DNA of 64,000 nucleotides, from NCBI GenBank assembly GCA_951406725.2, contig OX597814.1:111414001-111478000 (forward strand). Direction: 5' to 3'. This document shows, one piece after another, positions 59,819-64,000 of this stretch (position 1 is its first letter; each line of letters begins with the position of its first letter). Both the position numbers and the translations under genes were made by a program. The notes under the pieces were generated by a model. It ran no database searches. It was not told where the DNA came from and saw only the letters and a list, made by a program, of their open reading frames with translations. The stretch is from Octopus vulgaris. Its lineage: Eukaryota.

Positions 59819-60099
59819 GTTATCGCCATACTAATATGGCATTCTTATAAAAATAAGAATAAAGCTGTCCGCTTATTAGCTCCATGAGGCCATCGCCTTA
59901 AGTTAGCTATTTGATACACAAACTGTATCCATATAACCTTCGAACAAGGGAGGTCAGTCGCTCCACACTACTTGATTAGAGAGACTTAGTAATTTTAATA
60001 TTTCTATTATTGAAAACAAGTGGATGTATTCCACCGAAACTAGGTAAATAAAACCTTCGAACAGAGATAGTCGGAAGCGACACCTACTGGTCTGACTAC

Positions 60100-60141
60100 G
60101 CTACATTGACAAGGGGCAATACCCCGAAACGCGTCTGTAGC
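60100..60141 (+). ncRNA. Type-I minimal hammerhead ribozyme, copy 1
   Basis: GCUACA-UUGACAA-GGGG(CAAUA)CCCC-GAAAC(GC)GUC|UGUAGC; 6-bp stem I, 4-bp stem II, palindromic stem III; predicted cut after 60135. Confidence 0.85.
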
Positions 60142-60461
60142 TGTCGATCAAGTAGTGTGGAGCGACTGACCTCCCTTGTTCGAAGGTTATATGGATACAG
60201 TTTGTGTATCAAATAGCTAACTTAAGGCGATGGCCTCATGGAGCTAATAAGTGGACAGCTTTATTCTTATTTTTATAAGAATGCCATATTAGTATGGCGA
60301 TAACTATTAATTTCCAGGAATGCTGCCGTGTTCTCTTTTAGAGAGACTTAGTAATTTTTATATTTCTATTATTGAAAACAAGTGGATGTATTCCACCGAA
60401 ACTAGGTAAATAAAACCTTCGAACAGAGATAGTCGGAAGCGACACCTACTGGTCTGACTAT

Positions 60462-60503
60462 GCTACATTGACAAGGGGCAATACCCCGAAACGCGTCTGT
60501 AGC
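60462..60503 (+). ncRNA. Type-I minimal hammerhead ribozyme, copy 2
   Basis: Identical motif 362 nt downstream; predicted cut after 60497. Confidence 0.85.
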
Positions 60504-60728
60504 TGTCGATCAAGTAGTGTGGAGCGACTGACCTCCCTTGTTCGAAGGTTATATGGATACAGTTTGTGTATCAAATAGCTAACTTAAGGCGATGGCCTCA
60601 TGGAGCTAATAAGCGGACAGCTTTATTCTTATTTTTATAAGAATGCCATATTAGTATGGCGATAACTATCAATTTCCAGGAACGCTGCCGTGTTCTCTTT
60701 TAGAGAGACTTAGTAATTTTAATATTTC

Positions 60729-60819
<91 letters not shown>

Positions 60820-61319
60820 GATAGATATATACAAATACACATATGATGATGATGATGATGATGACACTGATAGCAATGACATGTTTACACACATGCATAT
60901 CTACATATATACATATAAACAATGATATATATATATATATATATACATATGTACGTAACCTTATCCTTTAATCTATATAATGTTTCATTTAAAGCCTTGT
61001 GCTATCAATTCCTTGGTGATCGAGAAAGCAAGAGAGTTACCTTACTCACACGCTTTACACCCACACAAGGGTTGCATATGTTTGCGTGTGCTTCTGATTA
61101 GACAGAAGTGAAGTGGTGGTGATGGTGGTGGTGGTATTGGGTTGGGGGAACCTATTTCGAAGCTGCACTCGCTTGGCAAGTGACTTTATTTAATATTTTG
61201 GGCATTGAAACTAAAACGATTCTATTGTAGAAGTTTTGTCTTTTATTATTGCATAGTGTGAAAGTGTCAAAAACATTTGGCCTTCGTCTATGACCTGGGC
61301 ACAAGCATATATGAATATG

Positions 61320-61362
61320 GATGTGTGTGTGTGTGAGTGTGTATGTATGTATGTATGTATGC

Positions 61363-61421
<59 letters not shown>

Positions 61422-61516
61422 TTCACACACATACACACATATATACATAAATATATACATATATGCATATACATACATATATATATGCATATATATATGT
61501 GTATATATATATATGC

Positions 61517-61566
<50 letters not shown>

Positions 61567-61583
61567 GTATATACATATATATA

Positions 61584-61662
<79 letters not shown>

Positions 61663-61738
61663 ATATATATATATATATATATGCATACATGTATGTATGT
61701 ACGTATATGTATATTTATACATACATGTATGTGTGTAT
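61320..61738. repeat. Long compound (AT)n/(GT)n microsatellite
   Basis: Directly visible; source of the poly-IY ORFs. Confidence 0.95.
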
Positions 61739-61929
61739 AATGTCAGGTCATTCTTAGTGCTTTGGTAACGTGTAACCAAGTGCAACTTGTCACATGGTCA
61801 GGCCATTGGCAACCAAACCAACAACCCTACCCAGCCTGCTTAGCAAGGAGGGTAGTTTTCATTGAATACCCTGCAGGATGGAAAACAAAGCCCATCAAAG
61901 AGTGGATCAATTCAGTAGGACCTGGTATT

Positions 61930-63740
61930 GATCACGTTCAAATGGTACATGTTATGTGCCACTGAAACGGGAGCCAGTCAGAGGGCACTGGCCACAGTCA
62001 CGATTTTGGTTTTACTTGACTCAACAGGTCTTCTCAAGCATATCTTATCACCCGATGCATCAAGGGTACTTTTAAATGGGCTGGACATGCAACACTGGCA
62101 TCGGCTATGGCTGCAATTTCTGTTTAGTTGCCAGGTATTCTCAATCACAGCATATCTCCAAAGGTCCTGGTCTCCTGTCATTGTCAACGTTTGAAGGTCA
62201 TGCTTTACCACCTCATCCCATGTCATCCTGGTCTACCTCTACCACAGGTTCCTTCCACAATGATGGTGTGGCACTTCCTCACACAGTTGTCCTCATCCAT
62301 ATATAACACGTGACCATATCAGCACAGTCATCTCTCTTGCAAACCACATTTGATGCTTCTTATATCCAACTTTTCTCTCAGGGTGCTTACACTCTGTCAT
62401 GTGTGCACACTGACATTACACACCCAGTGGAGCATACTAGTTTCATTTCTTTCAAGCCTACGCATGTCCTCAGCAGTCATGGCCCATGTTTCACTGCCAT
62501 GTAGCATGACTGTTTGCACCCATGAATCAAACAGTCTACATTTCATCCTGAGCGAGAGGCCCTTAGTTGCCAGCAGAGGTAGGAGCTCCCTGAACTTTGC
62601 CCAGGCTATTTTTATTCTAGCCACGACACTCTCAGAGCAACCACCCCCACTACAGACTTGATCACCTAGGTAGTGGAAGCTATCGACTACTTCTGGTAGT
62701 GACTCAGCTATTAGAGCAAAGTCATCAGCATAGAAGAGCTCCCAGGGGTGGCCTGTCTTGAATTTCTGTTATTGCCTGGAGGACTATGATGAATAAGAGG
62801 GGGCTGAGGACTGATCCTGGGTGAACCCCTACTTCTACTTGGAATTCTTCACTATACTCACCTTACTGACAGCATCCCTGTACAGGGCTTGTACAGCTGT
62901 TACCAACCACTCATCTAACCCCAGTTTCTGCACTGACCACCAGATAAGGGATTGGAGAACCCTGTCAAAAGCTTTCTCCAAGTCAACAAAAGCCAAGTAC
63001 AGAGGTTTATCTTTGGCTAGATATTTCTTCTGGAGTTGCCTTACCTGAAACATAGCATTGATGGTGCTTCTGCCTGGCACAAAACCAAACTGCATGTCGT
63101 CTAGGCTAACTCTCTCCATTATTTGTTGGGCTATAACCCTCTCTGTAACTTTCATCACCTGATCCAATAATTTGATACCCCTGTAGTTATTTCTATCTAA
63201 AGCATCACCTTTACATTTGTAGCAGGTGACTATGGTACTGCTACACCAGTCATTGGGTATGACTCCTTCATGAACCTCCTGATTTACGATGTGCATGACA
63301 AGACCATAACCAACACCACCCAATATTTTAAGCATCCCAACAGTGATTCTTGATGGGCCAGGTGCTTTCCCTGTCTTCATATCCTTAATTGCTTTATCCA
63401 CCAGGTACTGTCAATTCAGGTAGCTGGTCCTTCAATTGTGTCAACCTTTGGCAGACTCTCCTCCTCCCATTCATTCTCCACGTTCAGCAGTCTTTCATAA
63501 TGGCATCTCCAAGCCTCTTTCTTTGCAGAATCATTAAACGCAAGGGCACCTTCATCCATGCGGACACACTTCTCTCCTATGACATCATGGTTTTCTCTCA
63601 CACACTGTCTTACAACCTGAAATACTTCAGTTTTTTGGTCCTCATGTTGCTGAACATTGGCAAACTTCTTTTCTGCTACTCCCTTGGCTATCTGATACAG
63701 CCCCCTGCTATCCCCCGCCTCTTCCAGGCCTGTTTATTTG
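61930..63740 (-). mobile_element. RTE-clade LINE reverse transcriptase remnant
   Basis: KAPGP...YKCKGD...NYRGIKLL...QFGFVPGRST...FVDLEKAFDRV; LFYADD near 62720-62740; C-terminus homologous to 10365-10870. Confidence 0.93.
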
Positions 63741-64000
63741 CTCTGATGATCCAGAATTATTTTAGAGAAAATAATTCAGAATTATTTTAGAGAAAAATAT
63801 GAAACATGTACATAGATGTAGCCAAGAAACAAGGTCAGTCATTTTAGTTGGCAGAACAAACAAGAAAGAATTATTTTAGAGAATAGTATGAAATCTGTAT
63901 ATATATGTAGCCAAGAAACAAGGTTAGTAATGTTGCGAGTTAGATGGTTTGAATGAATGAAGCGATTAGCAGTGAATAATATAAAAACTGAGGATTATCT

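Larger units (their letters stand above)
59814..60734 (+). mobile_element. Tandem 362-bp hammerhead-bearing repeat (non-LTR retrozyme / Penelope pLTR-like) with a 5' inverted segment
   Basis: Units start at 59977, 60339 and 60701 (last one partial); 59814-59976 is the reverse complement of 60147-60309; flanked by (TA)n on both sides. Confidence 0.85.

Noticed and set aside
61152-61785. Long ORFs of alternating I/Y/M/H residues (also at 41591-42013, 11757-12214 and 55150-55381)
   Set aside because: Translations of microsatellites
63752-63928. Short local duplication (agaattattttagagaa...gtagccaagaaacaagg)
   Set aside because: Ordinary small tandem duplication at the LINE boundary with no structural signal

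Overview
AT-rich, repeat-dense eukaryotic DNA; the SINE and RTE repeat families look like octopus/cephalopod (inference). One protein-coding gene is present on the + strand: SPG7 (paraplegin, a mitochondrial m-AAA protease subunit). I traced 17 phase-consistent GT-AG coding exons from 496 to the stop at 45359, about 663 codons; the N-terminal exon(s) lie upstream of the window. Introns and the 3' flank hold tRNA-derived SINEs, many 3'-end fragments of RTE LINEs, mariner/Tc1, hAT and piggyBac-like MITEs, Helitron-like elements and microsatellites. The most notable signal is a set of hammerhead-ribozyme (HHR) elements. (1) A young 362-bp tandem repeat at 59814-60734 carries an intact type-I minimal HHR in each unit, with a U3-A8 core covariation and a Penelope-style 5' inversion; it is a candidate non-LTR retrozyme / circular RNA producer. 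(2) An apparent SINE family joins a tRNA-like head to an HHR-containing Penelope-type body. (3) Further degenerate HHR families and a perfect 63-bp foldback are also present. Most ORFs in the supplied track are artefacts of repeats or microsatellites. Repeat boundaries are approximate and were read by eye.
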